NCBI GenBank assembly: GCA_963745035.1
Contig: CAVUVW010000014.1
Coordinates: 384,001-448,000, forward strand
Direction of reading: 5' to 3'
Origin: an uncultured delta proteobacterium
Lineage (GTDB): Bacteria; Desulfobacterota; Binatia; UBA9968
DNA: 64,000 bases
The position numbers and the translations under genes are program-made. Positions 10,543-21,749 of this stretch are shown in pieces. Position 1 is the stretch's first letter. Each line of letters begins with the position of its first letter. The notes under the pieces were generated by a model. That model did not search any database. It was not told the DNA's origin and worked only from the letters and a program-made list of their open reading frames with translations.

Positions 10543-11520
10543 ATGAAACATCTGCTCGCAGCACTTGCCAGCCTCGCAATGGCCGCGTGCGGCGCCACCA
10601 ATCTGAGCAACACCAGTGGAGTCGTGAAAATCACCGGGCTCGGTAGCCATGACGGCGAGCTCTGTTCCTTCGATCGCGCGATCATTTTCGAGGACCCCGA
10701 CGGCACGCGAATCCTTTATGATGTCGGCCGCACGGTGCGCGGCGGCAACGATCCGCGGCTGGGCAAAATCGACGCGGTGCTCCTTACCCATGTGCATGGC
10801 GATCATATCGGTGACTCGCACCAGCCCTCCGCGAACGCCGGCAGTTGCCCAAAACCCGACGTGTCGGTCAATGCTGCGCCCAACTCCAACACCGTGAATG
10901 TCGTACTTGCCAAGCAGGCGCCTCTGATCGTAGGCGGCGAAATGCACTTTTTCTTCTCGGCGAAACTCAAGTCCCTCGGCGGGGACCCGGCCAGGCTGGT
11001 GCGGTTGGTGCGCTTCGGCGCGACCACTTCGATCGGAAAGGTCGTGGTCGCGGGCGTTCCCGCCTCTCACACCAACGGCCTCCCGCCGGCCTTCCTCCCC
11101 AAGGAGCAACAGCAGCTCTTAGCGGCGAGCGGCCTTACCGCCTACGTCGGACCGCCGGGCGGATTCGTTCTGCGCTTCAGCAACGGCCTCGTCGCTTACC
11201 TGTCCGGCGATACGGGCATTACTGCCGAGCAGGAGCTTGTGGTACGCCGGCACCATGGTGCCAACGTCGTGGTGATGAGCGTCGCTGGCGCTCCCAATAT
11301 GACCGGGCCGAGCGAGGCGGCATTCGTCGTAAACGATCTGGTTCGGCCGAACTCGGTCATCGTCACGCATGTCAACGAGGCAGCGACGGTGAACGGCAAA
11401 GTGGTTCCGACAAGCAAGACCGCCGCCTTTCAGAAGGCGGTCACAGTGCCGGTGCACGTGCCGCTCAGCGGCAAGACAATGGAATTCGACGGCAGCGGGC
11501 GCTGCTCCTCGAATTGCTGA
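10543..11520 (+). CDS. Metallo-beta-lactamase-fold hydrolase, probable lipoprotein
   Basis: AGGAGG RBS, lipobox-like LAMAAC, THVHGDH motif and YLSGDTG. Confidence 0.85.
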   Translation: MKHLLAALASLAMAACGATNLSNTSGVVKITGLGSHDGELCSFDRAIIFEDPDGTRILYDVGRTVRGGNDPRLGKIDAVLLTHVHGDHIGDSHQPSANAGSCPKPDVSVNAAPNSNTVNVVLAKQAPLIVGGEMHFFFSAKLKSLGGDPARLVRLVRFGATTSIGKVVVAGVPASHTNGLPPAFLPKEQQQLLAASGLTAYVGPPGGFVLRFSNGLVAYLSGDTGITAEQELVVRRHHGANVVVMSVAGAPNMTGPSEAAFVVNDLVRPNSVIVTHVNEAATVNGKVVPTSKTAAFQKAVTVPVHVPLSGKTMEFDGSGRCSSNC

Positions 11521-11648
11521 AAACCCTTATGCCATCCACCAAATCCTCGCTGCGACATAATCCCGACAACACAGGCGCGTCGAAGATGAACGGCAGCGGG
11601 TTTATGGCGAAACATTCCGGACGCGTGGGCATGCCGAGATTTCTTTTT

Positions 11649-11945
11649 ATGAACCGCTTTCGTTCAATCCTTCTTGCCATCCTGCCAATCGTGGTGACTG
11701 CCTGCGCCATGGGCGAATTTCATGAGACGGCTCTATACACACAAGAAACCAATGATGGTGACGGCTACTGCCACAAGGTATTTCAACCCATAGGTCCCAC
11801 AGATCTGATAAGGCCGACGCAAAGCCGCGCAGGCGACTACATCAATTACTCCGGTCCGTGCGACGGCCTCACAGTCGAGGAACAGGCCAGAAAGCAAAGA
11901 CGTTTCGAGCAATTTCGCTTCGGCAGAGACTTCATGCCCGGGTGA
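11649..11945 (+). CDS. Small hypothetical lipoprotein (YCH...GPC family, copy A)
   Basis: MNRFRSILLAILPIVVTAC lipobox, and a close paralog at ~23191-23485. Confidence 0.75.
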   Translation: MNRFRSILLAILPIVVTACAMGEFHETALYTQETNDGDGYCHKVFQPIGPTDLIRPTQSRAGDYINYSGPCDGLTVEEQARKQRRFEQFRFGRDFMPG

Positions 11946-12060
11946 CGCATTCCTCTTCATCATAGCCGATTCCCGTTTTTCGCAAAGATCGAGATCCCAC
12001 CGCGGGAGGCAGAGACCACTAAATTGTTGGAAAGCACCTTCGCGTCCGCGGAGAAAAGCC

Positions 12061-13044
12061 ATGAAAAGAATTTTCATCGCCCTCGCTCTTCTCATCATGC
12101 TCCCTGGCTTTGCTGTCATCGCTCAGGCTCAGCAAACGGCAAGACTCCCGCGCGTCGCGCGCCTTTCACCGAGCACTGCGAACGCGGATGAGATCATGCT
12201 GGCGGGGTTTCGGCAGGGACTGAAAGAGCACGGCTGGATAGAGAACAAGAATATCGCGCTCGAATACCGATTCGCGGACGGCAAAACCGATCGGCTGAAC
12301 GACCTTGCGGCAGAACTTGTCCGGCTTAAAGTCGACGTTATCCTCTCCGGAGCGACCGTAGGCGCGCAGGCTGCCAAACGCGCGACCAGTACGATTCCGA
12401 TCGTGCTGGTAACAACCGGCGATCCCGTCGCTGCCGGTCTGGTCGCAAGTTTGGCGCGGCCCGGCGGCAATTTAACCGGAGTGACGGCGCTCGGCCAGGA
12501 ACTGAGCGGCAAGCGGCTCCAGCTTCTCAAAGAAGCTTTGCCCGGTATCAATCACGTAGCGGTATTGTCGAATCCGACCAATCCCGACAGCAAATTCTCC
12601 GTGAAAGAGGTTGAAGCCGCGGCCAATGACCTCGGGGTACGGATCAAAGTGCATGAAGCCGCCGATCCGAGCAGGTTTGAAGGGGCGTTTCGGGCCATGA
12701 CCGCCGAGCGTGCCGGCGCGGTCCTAGTGCTCACGGATTCCATGCTTTTCACGTACCGCAAACGGATCGTAGAACTCGCGGCACAAAGTCGTTTGCCCGC
12801 GATGTATCCCATCAGCGAATACGCGAACGTCGGCGGGCTGATGTTTTACGGCGCGAACTTTCCCGACATGTACCGCCAGGCCGCGGCCTTCGTGGACAAG
12901 ATTCTCAGAGGCACCAGGCCGGCCGATCTTCCGGTCGAGCAAGCGAAGAAATTCGAATTGATTATCAATCTCAATGCCGCCAAGCAGATCGGCCTGACCA
13001 TTCCGCCGAACGTGCTGGCGCGGGCGGACAAGGTGATCAAATGA
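12061..13044 (+). CDS. ABC_sub_bind SBP, array copy 7
   Basis: Signal peptide, [12 protein letters not shown] and conserved tail. Confidence 0.9.
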   Translation: MKRIFIALALLIMLPGFAVIAQAQQTARLPRVARLSPSTANADEIMLAGFRQGLKEHGWIENKNIALEYRFADGKTDRLNDLAAELVRLKVDVILSGATVGAQAAKRATSTIPIVLVTTGDPVAAGLVASLARPGGNLTGVTALGQELSGKRLQLLKEALPGINHVAVLSNPTNPDSKFSVKEVEAAANDLGVRIKVHEAADPSRFEGAFRAMTAERAGAVLVLTDSMLFTYRKRIVELAAQSRLPAMYPISEYANVGGLMFYGANFPDMYRQAAAFVDKILRGTRPADLPVEQAKKFELIINLNAAKQIGLTIPPNVLARADKVIK

Positions 13045-14069
13045 CAGTCGTCAGTAGTCAGTGGTCAGTAGTCAGCAAAAAAGCAGGTCTTTTCTGGTTA
13101 CTGATCACTGTCTTGCTGATTACTGTTTCTCCCGCCACGGCGCAGCAGCCAGCGAAAGTCTCCCGGTTAGGGTATCTATCAAATACCGATCCAGCTACTG
13201 ACTCCGCCCGTGCCGAAGGAATTCGGCTAGCTCTGCGCGAGCTTGGCTACATAGAAGGACAGAACATCGCCATCGAGTACCGATATGCGGAGGGGAGGCC
13301 CGAGCGGGATCCTGGGCTTGCGGCCGAGCTGGTGCGTCTCAAGGTTGATATCATCGTGGTAGCGTCAGGGGACGTGACGATCCGGGCGGCCAAGAATGCA
13401 ACCAAGACGATTCCCATCGTCATGACGGGCCTTGGGTCCGATCCTGTTAGGGCAGGTTTCGTTGAAAGCCTTGCTCGTCCCGGCGGCAATGTCACCGGCC
13501 TCACAGCCCTTAACAGGGAACTAGGCGGGAAGCGGCTGGAGCTGCTCAAAGAAGCGGTTCCCAAACTTTCCTTTGTCGCGGTTCTCTACGATCCGGCCAA
13601 TCCGCCCAGTTTACACGAGATGAAAGAGCTTCTCCCGGTCGACGCGCATGCACTAAAGTTGACTATTCAACCTTGGGAGATACGAGCGGTGGACGACTTC
13701 GAGAAGGTCTTTGCTGCGCTAAACAAGCAGCGCCCGGATGGACTCTACCCGTTCGGCGCGGGCGGGATAATGCGTCCTAACCGAAAACGAATCGTGGACT
13801 TTGCGTTAAAGAGCCGGCTACCGTCGATGTACTCCAGCAGAGAAGCTGTAGAGGCTGGTGGCCTCATGTCCTACGCCGCGGACGTCGCAGACAGTTACCG
13901 GCGCGTAGCTATCTACGTGGACAAAATCCTGAAGGGAGCCAAACCTGCCGATCTCCCTGTCGAACAGCCGACGAAATTTGAGCTGGTGATCAACTTGAAG
14001 ACGGCAAAGCAGATTGGCGTCACCATTTCCCAGAAAGTGCTGGCGCGAGCGGATAAAGTGATCCGATAG
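13041..14069 (+). CDS. ABC_sub_bind SBP, array copy 8
   Basis: ATGA overlap with copy 7 and [12 protein letters not shown]. Very similar to copy 15. Confidence 0.9.
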   Translation: MTVVSSQWSVVSKKAGLFWLLITVLLITVSPATAQQPAKVSRLGYLSNTDPATDSARAEGIRLALRELGYIEGQNIAIEYRYAEGRPERDPGLAAELVRLKVDIIVVASGDVTIRAAKNATKTIPIVMTGLGSDPVRAGFVESLARPGGNVTGLTALNRELGGKRLELLKEAVPKLSFVAVLYDPANPPSLHEMKELLPVDAHALKLTIQPWEIRAVDDFEKVFAALNKQRPDGLYPFGAGGIMRPNRKRIVDFALKSRLPSMYSSREAVEAGGLMSYAADVADSYRRVAIYVDKILKGAKPADLPVEQPTKFELVINLKTAKQIGVTISQKVLARADKVIR

Positions 14070-14111
14070 ACACGGATCGGGGATGTGGCAGGGTTGATTT
14101 GGTGCGCCGGT

Positions 14112-14525
14112 TTAAGGGACGATCTGGAAAGCGCGATTTCGATTCATTCGGTAGCTGGAAAACCCGCGGCGATCAAGAGTGAAAACCCAGTCGGTTTCCA
14201 ATTCTTCTCCCAACACGACAAGGGTGGCATCGGCAAAGTCCATGGGCACATTGCGGTATCTTTCCATCAGTACCGCCACCCGTTGCAAGCTCTTCGCCGA
14301 AGACGGAACCAAGTGAAAAGCCCCTCGGAGAACAAATTCGAGACAAGCTTTCTGCGCGCGCCACTGGGGTCCGACCAAGTGAAGCGTTTCGGTCAAAACG
14401 GCTTCGGTGGTGACGACGGGCCCGGTCCATTTCTCCAACGCCGCCACGCAATCACCATGCAGCTTTTCGTCTCGGTCCACCAGCGCCACGAACGCGCCGG
14501 TATCCAACAAGAGATCATCGGCCAC
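14112..14525 (-). CDS. vapC: PIN-domain (VapC family) toxin
   Basis: LLLDTGAFVAL, TEAVLTE, MDFADA and TLDRRGF acidic PIN motifs. Confidence 0.88.
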   Translation of the reverse strand: MADDLLLDTGAFVALVDRDEKLHGDCVAALEKWTGPVVTTEAVLTETLHLVGPQWRAQKACLEFVLRGAFHLVPSSAKSLQRVAVLMERYRNVPMDFADATLVVLGEELETDWVFTLDRRGFSSYRMNRNRAFQIVP

Positions 14526-14763
14526 GGCGTAATCGACGGATCAGATAGTCGCGGTGGCGCTGCCCGAGATCGGACCGGCCGCTGGCGACGCTGCCGAGAA
14601 GATCACGCACCCGTTCGATGGGGCGCACTTCCGGCTGGGTGTCCAGATATTGCTCCAACGCCTCGCGCACCACTTCCGAGCGCTTGCGTTTCAAGCGCTT
14701 GGCCGACTGCTCCAGCTTTGTGGCCAAATCCGCGGGCAGCCGCATGCTCAATTGCCGTTCCAT
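14515..14763 (-). CDS. Ribbon-helix-helix antitoxin
   Basis: MERQLSMRLPADL...RSEVVREALEQYL, overlapping the PIN gene start. Confidence 0.85.
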   Translation of the reverse strand: MERQLSMRLPADLATKLEQSAKRLKRKRSEVVREALEQYLDTQPEVRPIERVRDLLGSVASGRSDLGQRHRDYLIRRLRRGR

Positions 14764-14884
14764 TGGCTTTGCCTCCCGATGCAATACAATGTAATGCATA
14801 GCGGTACAAATGTCCAATCGTCCGTCAGCAACTCGATGGCGCGTCCCCACAATTGGCTATGCAGTCTTGGGGGCTTCGAGCTGT

Positions 14885-15052
14885 GGACGCCGCAACCTAC
14901 ATGCACAAAATTCTTAAAGGCACCAAGCGCACCGACTCCCTGTCGAGTGGCCAACCAAGTTCGAGTTCGTAACTAATTTGAAAACCGTCAAACACACCGG
15001 TTTAATCATTCCGCCGCATGGCTTGGGGAGAGTCGATAACATCATACGGTGA
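14885..15052 (+). pseudogene. Orphan, degenerate 3' tail of an ABC_sub_bind gene
   Basis: Translates with an indel as AATYMHKILKGTKRTD.PVEWPTKFEFVTNLKTVKHTGLIIPPHGLGRVDNIIR*. No 5' part is present upstream. Confidence 0.8.
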
Positions 15053-15126
15053 GTCGGAAGCGTGATCGATTCGAGTAATCGATTCAGGCAAGATCGGCCA
15101 AATTGGTTAGGACAGGAGGATGTGCC

Positions 15127-16106
15127 ATGAAAACGAAATCCTCTCGCTGGTGGTGCGCCGTCATCCTGCTTGCGACATCCTTTTCAGGCTTCCGCGTCGA
15201 GGCGGCGCAGAAAGACCTGCAAAAACTCACCGTCGGCTACACGCCGATCTCCGGCGCGGCTTTGCCGTTCTTCATCGCCGTGGAAGAAAAACTATTTCAG
15301 AAGCACGGCTTCGAGGTTTCTCCAGTATTCATGGGCGGCTCGCCGCTGATCAATTCGGCGATACTCGCCGGCGAATTTCCCATCGGTTACACCGGCGGCG
15401 GCGCGATCATCTCGAGCCGGCTCGCGGGAAGCGATCTGATCGCGATCGCCTCTCCGCTGTCCGTGCTTACCATCGACGCCTGGGCAAAGCCGGAAATCAA
15501 ATCGGTCAGCGATCTGCGCGGCAAGAGAATCGGCGTCACCCGCTTCGGCGCCTCGACCCATTTCGCCGGCCTGTCGATGTTGGACTCGGCGGGCATCAAG
15601 CCGAACGAGGTTGTTTTCATCCAAAACGGCGGCGTCGGCGAATCGCTCGCCGCTTTGATCGGCGGCCGGGTGGACGCATCGATGATCGGATATCCGTTCG
15701 GCCTTAGAGCGAAAAGCGCCGGCTTTCCTCTCCTCTTCCGGCCGATGGATAGCGATTATGGGCTCTTCCCGACCGCCGTCATTGCGGCGCGAGAGTCCTG
15801 GTTAAAGGATCCGAAGAATCGCAAGGTCGCCGTCGATTTTTTGCGGGCGACTCAACGAGGGACTCCTGCTCACGCGAGAAAGTCCCAACACAGTCAAGCG
15901 AGCGCTGCGAAAATATACTCGCGTCGACGATGAGGCCTTGTTGCAAGGCAGCGTCGAATATTTCCGAGATGCTTTCCCGAAGACGCTTCAGAACCCCGGA
16001 GAAGGCGATGACCAATGCGCTCAAGTTCATCGACCATCCCAAAGCCAAGTCGTACGACGTGACGCAATCTTTCGACAACAGCTTGGTCAACGAAGCGGCC
16101 AAATAG
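15127..16106 (+). CDS. NMT1/SsuA/TauA-type SBP, copy A (frameshifts ~15850-16000)
   Basis: AGGAGG RBS and DLRGKRIGVTRFGAST. Colinear with the intact paralog at 19236..20216. Confidence 0.85.
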
Positions 16107-16138
16107 TCGCAAGCACCAGGCCAATAATAAGAATGCGC

Positions 16139-17113
16139 ATGTCTAGAAAAATTATTCCCTTTTTAGTTTACGCCTTGCTCTTTGCAATTTGCGGCTCTGC
16201 CAATGCGCAGCAAAAGAAAGTCCCCCGAATAGGATACCTGAGCGCTTCCTCGGCTTCCGAGGCGTCAGTAAGGACAAATGCGTTCCGTCAAGGGCTGGAA
16301 GAGCTTGGTTATGTCGAAGGGAAGAATCTTATCCTGGAGTTTCGCTATGCCGAGGGAAAATTCGATCGGCTTTCCCCCCTCGCTGCCGAACTCGTGCGGC
16401 TCAATGTAGACGCTATCGTCACCGCGGGCCCGTCGGTCACCCGCCCCGCGAAGGAAGCGACCGCTGCTATTCCTATCGTCATGACGAACGATAGCGATCC
16501 TATCGGCAGTGGCTTTATCGCCAGTCTGGCGCGGCCCGGAGGGAACGTTACCGGACTATCGAGCCTAGCCCGGGAGTTAAGCGGCAAACGGGTGGAGCTT
16601 CTAAAAGAGATCCTTCCCAATCTTTCTCGCCTCGCGATTTTGGGCACTTTCGATATTCCTGGAAACGCACAAGCTAGCCGAGAGACCGAACAGGCCGCGG
16701 CCGCTTTTAACCTGCAAACGCAATATTTTGACATACAAAGTGCGAAGGATGTCGACGCCGTATTCCGGGCCGCGAACAAATGGCGCGCCGATGCAGGCGT
16801 CGTGCTGAACGGCCCGCCTCATATTCAGCGACTGATTCCCGGCGCCGCAGTAAAGAGCCGGCTCCCCGCTATCTACTCCAATTTGGCAATCATGGACGAT
16901 GCGGGGCTGATGAGCTACGGCACGAATCTCAGCGACCTGGACCGGCGCGCCGCGATTTACGTCGATCGAATTCTCAAAGGGGCCAAGCCAGCCGATCTTC
17001 CCGTCGAGCAGCCGACCAAGTTCGATCTCGTGATCAATTTGAAAGCCGCCAAGCAGATCGGTCTGACGATTCCGCCGAATGTGTTGGCAAGAGCAGATCG
17101 AGTTATCCGATGA
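16139..17113 (+). CDS. ABC_sub_bind SBP, array copy 9
   Basis: Signal peptide and family motifs. Sister of copy 10 (shared LNGPPHIQRLIP). Confidence 0.9.
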   Translation: MSRKIIPFLVYALLFAICGSANAQQKKVPRIGYLSASSASEASVRTNAFRQGLEELGYVEGKNLILEFRYAEGKFDRLSPLAAELVRLNVDAIVTAGPSVTRPAKEATAAIPIVMTNDSDPIGSGFIASLARPGGNVTGLSSLARELSGKRVELLKEILPNLSRLAILGTFDIPGNAQASRETEQAAAAFNLQTQYFDIQSAKDVDAVFRAANKWRADAGVVLNGPPHIQRLIPGAAVKSRLPAIYSNLAIMDDAGLMSYGTNLSDLDRRAAIYVDRILKGAKPADLPVEQPTKFDLVINLKAAKQIGLTIPPNVLARADRVIR

Positions 17114-17148
17114 TTCCAGAATCGAAAGTCCCAATCGTGTAGTGAGCG

Positions 17149-18138
17149 ATGGCGAAGCATCGAAAACGGGCCGAGCTTTTTGCAATCGTTGTCGCGCTCA
17201 CGGTGGGCTGGGCGACGGTTGAGGCGCAGCAGCCGAAGAAAATTCCGCGCATCGGATATCTAAGCGCTTCCTCGGCTGCCGAGGTTTCGCCCCGAACCGA
17301 GGCGTTCCGGCAGGGGTTGCGCGAGCTTGGCTATGTGGAAGGCAAAAGCCTCGTCATTGAGTTTCGCTATGCGGAGGGAAAATTCGACAATCTCGCCGAT
17401 CTCGCAGCCGAACTGGTGCGTCTCAACGTCGACGTAATCGTCACGGCCGGTCCCTCGGTAACCCGTCCCGCCAAGGAAGCTACCGCTACAATCCCCATTG
17501 TCATGACCAACGATACCGATCCGGTTGCGAGCGGATTCGTCGCCAGTCTTGCGCGTCCGGGCGCAAATATTACGGGACTGACCAATCTTGCCCAGGAGTT
17601 AAGTGGAAAACGGCTGGAGCTTCTCAAGGACATTCTTCCCAAGCTCTCGCGCGTCGCCGTACTCGGAACTTCGGATATCCCCAGAAATGCGCAGGCGTTG
17701 AGAGAGACGGAACTAGCCGCAGGCGCGCTCGGTGTCCAGATTCAGTACTTAGACATCCGCACTGCGAAGGATATCGAATCTGCATTTGGAGCTGCGCGCA
17801 AATGGCGCGCTGATGCAGTCTCCGTACTGAACGGCCCGCCCCACATTCAGCGACTGATTCCGGCGATCGCAGCGAAAAGTCGAATGCCTGCTATGTATTT
17901 CAACCCGGCGCTCATCGAACGCGACGAGGGATTAATAAGCTACGGTACGAATCTCAACGATTTGGACAGGCGCGCCGCCGCTTACGTCGACAAAATTCTC
18001 AAAGGCGCGAAGCCCGCCGATTTGCCCGTGGAGCAACCGACCAAATTTGAATTGGTCATCAATCTCAAAACCGCCAAGCAGATCGGCCTGACGATTCCAC
18101 CGAATGTTTTAGCCAGAGCCGACCGGGTGATTAAGTAG
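17149..18138 (+). CDS. ABC_sub_bind SBP, array copy 10
   Basis: Family motifs and conserved tail. Confidence 0.9.
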   Translation: MAKHRKRAELFAIVVALTVGWATVEAQQPKKIPRIGYLSASSAAEVSPRTEAFRQGLRELGYVEGKSLVIEFRYAEGKFDNLADLAAELVRLNVDVIVTAGPSVTRPAKEATATIPIVMTNDTDPVASGFVASLARPGANITGLTNLAQELSGKRLELLKDILPKLSRVAVLGTSDIPRNAQALRETELAAGALGVQIQYLDIRTAKDIESAFGAARKWRADAVSVLNGPPHIQRLIPAIAAKSRMPAMYFNPALIERDEGLISYGTNLNDLDRRAAAYVDKILKGAKPADLPVEQPTKFELVINLKTAKQIGLTIPPNVLARADRVIK

Positions 18139-18174
18139 GCAATAGGCACGAGGCAACAGGCAACAGTGAGGAAC

Positions 18175-19142
18175 ATGAACAAAAGAATTTACAGCTTTGC
18201 TCTTGCCGCTTTGCTCTTCGCGATAAACTCGCCGGCCGAGGCGCAGGTCAAAGGGAAGCCCAAGGTGGGCGTACTCACGCCTGCCGAGCGGCAGTGGGAG
18301 GGCGCGGCGTTCCGTGAGGCATTGCGCGGCCTTGGTTATATTGAAGGATCGAATATTCGATCGATGTTCGCTCGGCGGAAGGCAAGCTGGAGCGCATGCC
18401 GGAGTTGGCGGCGGCGCTCGTCAACTCCGATGTCGATGTGATCCTTTCCGTAAACACGCCGGGGGCGCGCGCAGCCATCGAAGCGACCAAGACGGTTCCC
18501 ATCGTCATGACTGCCATAGGCGACCCGGTCGGCTTGGGCTTGGTGACGAGTCTGGCCCGACCGGGAGGCAATGTTACGGGCCTTTCGAACATGAGCGGGG
18601 ATTTGGCCGGGAAGCGTCTTGAGCTGCTCAAAGAAGCCGTTCCGGCGGCAAGGCGCATCGCCGTGATGATGCATCCCGATGAGCCGATCGTGCCGATTCA
18701 AGTCAAAGACATCAACGCGACGGCCGCTCGTATGGGAGTGGAGTTGGAAATTATTCCGTTGCGCCACACCCACGAGCTCGAGCGGGCTTTTCAAAGAGCT
18801 CTTCAATGGCGCGCGCAAGGATTGTTGCGCTTGGCAGGACAAGCGACGGTGATCGGCCCGCCGACGGCTGAGCTGGCTTTGAAACACCGGATGCCCGCCA
18901 TGCTGCTGCTCAGACAGGACGTCGAGGCCGGCGCGCTTATGTCGTACTTTACCGATCATCCAGCGATGTTTCGGCGCGCCGCCGCGTACGTCGATAAGAT
19001 CTTGAAAGGAAGCAAAGTAGGCGAGCTTCCCGTCGAGCAGCCTTCACGATTCGAATTTTACGTAAATTTGAAGACGGCGAAGCAAATCGGCTTGACGATT
19101 CCACCGAACCTGCTAGCGCGAGCAGACAAAGTAATCAGATAG
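18175..19142 (+). CDS. ABC_sub_bind SBP, array copy 11 (frameshift ~18360)
   Basis: ORFs 18166..18441 and 18396..19142 join into one paralog. Confidence 0.85.
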
Positions 19143-19235
19143 GCAACAGGCACGAGGCAACAGGCAACAGAAAGAAAGCTGAAAAATCTAAAATCAAAAA
19201 TCGCAAATCGAAAATACTAAGAGGGGAGGATTACC

Positions 19236-20216
19236 ATGAAAGCGAGAGACCCGCGTTGGTGGTTTATAACCTTCCTGACTACGGCATCGTTGCTGAGCGT
19301 CTGCGCGCATGCGGCGCAAAGGGATTTGCAAAAGCTCACGGTCGGCTACACGCCGATCGGCGGCGCGGCGATCCCGCTATATATCGCCGTGGAAGAGAAA
19401 ATCTTTCAGAAGAATGGCTACGATATTTTCCCCGTGTTCATGGGCGGCTCGCCGCTGATCAATTCGGCGATCCTCGCGGGTGAATTCCCCATCGGCTACA
19501 CCGGAGGCGGCGCGATCATCGCCAGCCGGCTAAGCGGCAGCGACCTGATCGCCATCGCCTCTCCCCTGCCCGTGCTTACTATCGACGGCTGGTCCAAGCC
19601 CGAGATCAAATCCATCGGCGATGTCAAAGGCAAAAGAATCGGGGTTACGCGCTTCGGCGCATCGAGCTACTTCTCGGCCCTCTCCATGTTGGAGTCGGGC
19701 GGCGTGAAGCCGACCGAAGTAACGTTCATTCAGAATGGCGGCGTCGGCGAATCCTACGCCGCCCTCGTCGGCGGTCGCGTCGATGTGTGCATGATCGGCT
19801 ATCCTTTCGGGCTCAGCGCCAAGAACGCCGGATTCAATCTGCTGTTCCGGCCTTTGCAGAGTGAATACGGGCTCTTTCCAACCGCGGTGATTGGAGCGCG
19901 CGAGTCCTGGCTCAAGGAACCGAAGAATCGCAAGGTCGCCGTCGAGTTTCTCCGCGCCCTCCACGCAGGCCAACAGTTGGCCAGGGAAAACGCCGCGGTG
20001 ACCAAGCGCGCGCTGCGTAAATTCACCCGCACCGAAGATGACGCATTACTGCAAGGCACTTTCGAGTTCTACAAGGACGCCTTCCCGAGCTCGCTTCGGG
20101 TCAACGAAAAAGCGATGGCGAACGCGCTCAAGTTCGTCGAACATCCGAAAGCCAAGCAGTTCGACGTGCGCCAGTCCTTCGACAACAGCTTCGTCGATGA
20201 GGCAATGAGGCAGTAG
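19236..20216 (+). CDS. NMT1/SsuA/TauA-type SBP, copy B
   Basis: GGAGG RBS, signal peptide and DVKGKRIGVTRFGASS. Confidence 0.88.
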   Translation: MKARDPRWWFITFLTTASLLSVCAHAAQRDLQKLTVGYTPIGGAAIPLYIAVEEKIFQKNGYDIFPVFMGGSPLINSAILAGEFPIGYTGGGAIIASRLSGSDLIAIASPLPVLTIDGWSKPEIKSIGDVKGKRIGVTRFGASSYFSALSMLESGGVKPTEVTFIQNGGVGESYAALVGGRVDVCMIGYPFGLSAKNAGFNLLFRPLQSEYGLFPTAVIGARESWLKEPKNRKVAVEFLRALHAGQQLARENAAVTKRALRKFTRTEDDALLQGTFEFYKDAFPSSLRVNEKAMANALKFVEHPKAKQFDVRQSFDNSFVDEAMRQ

Positions 20217-20301
20217 GTGAGAGGCATGAGGCACGAGCAACAGGCATGAGGCGTAGATCAACCGTCAGCGTGGAACGATTTTGAATTGCAGGAGAAAATT
20301 A

Positions 20302-20652
20302 ATGAGACGAAAGCGTTTTGCTGAATTTAGGAATCTCCAGTCCGGCAATCTGAGCGCTCTTATCGCTATGCTGTTTGTGTTTGAAACTCTGCTGCCGATC
20401 CCGCTACTCTGGGCGGCGGAAGGCGTTATCTACAAAGTTTCCGATTCGACCGGCACATACTGTCATCTCAAGTTTCCGGCGATCACCAGGAACACGCTTT
20501 TTTCAGATCGGCCGGTTCTGAAGGACCCGAGCGAAGGCGATATTCGAGATTTCTATGGACGCTGCGATTACGATCCGCTGGGTGCAGAGGAAATTCGCCG
20601 CCAACGGGTCGAGCACCAGCGTCAGCGCCGCCGGATTCTCAGCAGAGATTGA
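20302..20652 (+). CDS. Small secreted hypothetical protein (distant YCH...GxC family member)
   Basis: Hydrophobic leader, then GTYCHLKF...GDIRDFYGRCDYDPLGAEEIRRQR. Confidence 0.7.
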   Translation: MRRKRFAEFRNLQSGNLSALIAMLFVFETLLPIPLLWAAEGVIYKVSDSTGTYCHLKFPAITRNTLFSDRPVLKDPSEGDIRDFYGRCDYDPLGAEEIRRQRVEHQRQRRRILSRD

Positions 20653-20762
20653 CGGATCTCCTGCTTGAACATTCCAAGGGTAGCTATGATCAGCAAAGCC
20701 TACGCACTGGCTTGAGGCGTGAGCCGTGAGGCGTCAGGCGTGAGAATACTGAGAATACAAGG

Positions 20763-21749
20763 ATGAATCAAAACATTTTTCGTTTCATGCTTTGCGGAAT
20801 GCTCTTGGCGTTTTGCCTCCCCGCCGAGGCGCAGCAGACAGGAAAAATCTTCCGCATCGGTTACCTGGATACCAGCACTGCTTCCGGTAGCGCAGTCCAC
20901 ATTGATGCCTTCCGCCAGGAGATGCGCAAGCTTGGATGGATCGAGGGAAAGAATATCACTATCGAGTATCGGTTTGCCGAGCAAAAAAATGAGCGCTTGC
21001 CCGAGCTTGCGGCGGACTTGGTTCGTCTTAAGGTTGATCTGATTGTGGTCGTGGGGACGCAAGCGTCTTTGGCGGCAAAGCGAGCAACTGCGACCATCCC
21101 CATCGTGATGGCGAGCGTTGCGGACCCTGTGGCGGCGGGCCTGGTTGCCAGTCTGGCGCGGCCGGGAGGCAATGTGACCGGGACTATCGGGTTTATCGCC
21201 TGAGCTAAATACCAAAAGGTTGGAGATACTTAAGGACGCGGTCCCCAAGCTCGTCCGTGTTGGACTTTTTGGCTGTCGGGACGCGGCATAGGACAAGAAC
21301 TCCAAATGAAAGAGCTTAGGCCTGCGGCTCTGGCACTGAAGCTAAATTGGAGGAGATCGAGACTCAACCCGACGCCAAAGGTTTAGAGAGCGCCTTTCAA
21401 ACCGCCAAGCAGAAGCAAGTCAACGCGATTATGACGACCACCGGTACTTCCTTTTTCGCTGAAAGAAAGCGGATCGTCGAGCTTGCCGCCAAATACCGGC
21501 TGCCTGCTATTTACACACAGAAGGAGTTTGTCGTTGCGGGCGGTCTCATTCCTATGGGGTGGATCTCTTGAGCTCTGCCGACGCGCGGCGGGTTACGTGG
21601 ACAAAATCTTGAAAGGCGCCAAACCGGCTGATTTGCCGGTGCAGCAGGCAACCAAGTTTGAATTCATCATCAACCTGAACGCGGCAAAGCAAATCGGTCT
21701 GACAATTCCAGCGCGCGTGCTCGAGCGGGCGAATCAGGTGATTAAATAG
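20763..21749 (+). CDS. ABC_sub_bind SBP, array copy 12 (several frameshifts)
   Basis: Fragments 20763..21203, 21347..21571 and 21483..21749 reconstruct a full paralog. Confidence 0.8.

Noticed and set aside
10845-11648. 366-aa ORF 10845..11945 as one gene
   Set aside because: The 5' part overlaps the MBL gene out of frame. Only the last 98 codons, from ATG 11649, have a signal peptide and paralogs.
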